From positions 1 to 24,000 of the forward strand of contig NZ_STGY01000044.1 of assembly GCF_004912275.1 (NCBI RefSeq): a DNA stretch of 24,000 nucleotides, in the 5' to 3' direction. The stretch comes from Glycomyces buryatensis (GTDB lineage: Bacteria > Actinomycetota > Actinomycetes > Mycobacteriales > Micromonosporaceae). A program made the position numbers and the translations under genes. Below are positions 23,876 to 24,000 of the stretch, piece by piece; the first letter of the stretch is position 1, and every line of letters begins with the position of its first letter. A model generated the notes under the pieces. The model ran no database searches and had not been told where the DNA came from. It worked only from the letters and a program-made list of their open reading frames with translations.

Positions 23876-24000
23876 CAAGATCTCCTATCGCTTGTGAGCG
23901 GGTGGCTGGTACCCGGTGATTCGTGAGGCATGGCGATGCAGTGCCCAAGCGGACGTAGGCCCGGTCAACGGCAGCGGGATGATACCGAAGGGCCTCATAC

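Noticed and set aside
1-24000. Search for tRNA/rRNA genes, integrase/transposase genes, att-type direct repeats and CRISPR arrays
   Set aside because: None were recognised by eye. Element boundaries cannot be set from this window, and long-range direct repeats cannot be excluded without a computational self-alignment.

Overview
High-GC, densely coding actinobacterial-type accessory region. By hand count the backbone is about two-thirds G+C, with two cassettes near 47-50%. I saw no rRNA, tRNA, CRISPR array, transposase or integrase.

Four blocks:

1. 38-5005, minus strand. An ATP-grasp ligase and a DMT/EamA-type transporter (TAG-ATG junction) are followed by two YbaB/EbfC-like proteins, a ~490-aa WXG-motif protein and a small helical-hairpin protein. 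This looks like a type VII secretion (T7SS) substrate cassette.

2. 5504-11130, minus strand. A polymorphic toxin locus with this gene order: membrane protein, small helical helper, WXG/LXG-like carrier, stand-alone YwqJ-like deaminase toxin (HAE...CxxC, K7 tract, ~50% GC), YwqK/MORN-variant immunity protein. Five tandem paralogous ~125-aa immunity-like domains follow. One is fused to a catalytically dead deaminase-like module, and a relic of a sixth copy sits in a spacer.

3. 11422-18942, plus strand. A translationally coupled six-gene Gram-positive-type T4SS mating-pair-formation operon: VirB2-like, VirB3/PrgI-like, VirB4-like ATPase, VirB6-like, an anchored NTF2-like protein and an M23 cell-wall hydrolase. 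It ends at a perfect 14-bp hairpin. No relaxase or coupling protein is in the window.

4. 19056-23875, minus strand. Hypothetical membrane and Pro-rich proteins, then a ~47-50% GC three-gene cassette: hairpin protein, acidic 318-aa protein and a DUF3558-like lipoprotein.

The most unusual signal is at 12473-12650. The YPQ repeats of the VirB4-like protein's disordered N-terminal extension are encoded by ten co-oriented DnaA-box-like 9-mers, five of them perfect TTATCCACA. The GC3 codon bias collapses over exactly this stretch.

All functional calls come from motif reading by eye. No database search was run.
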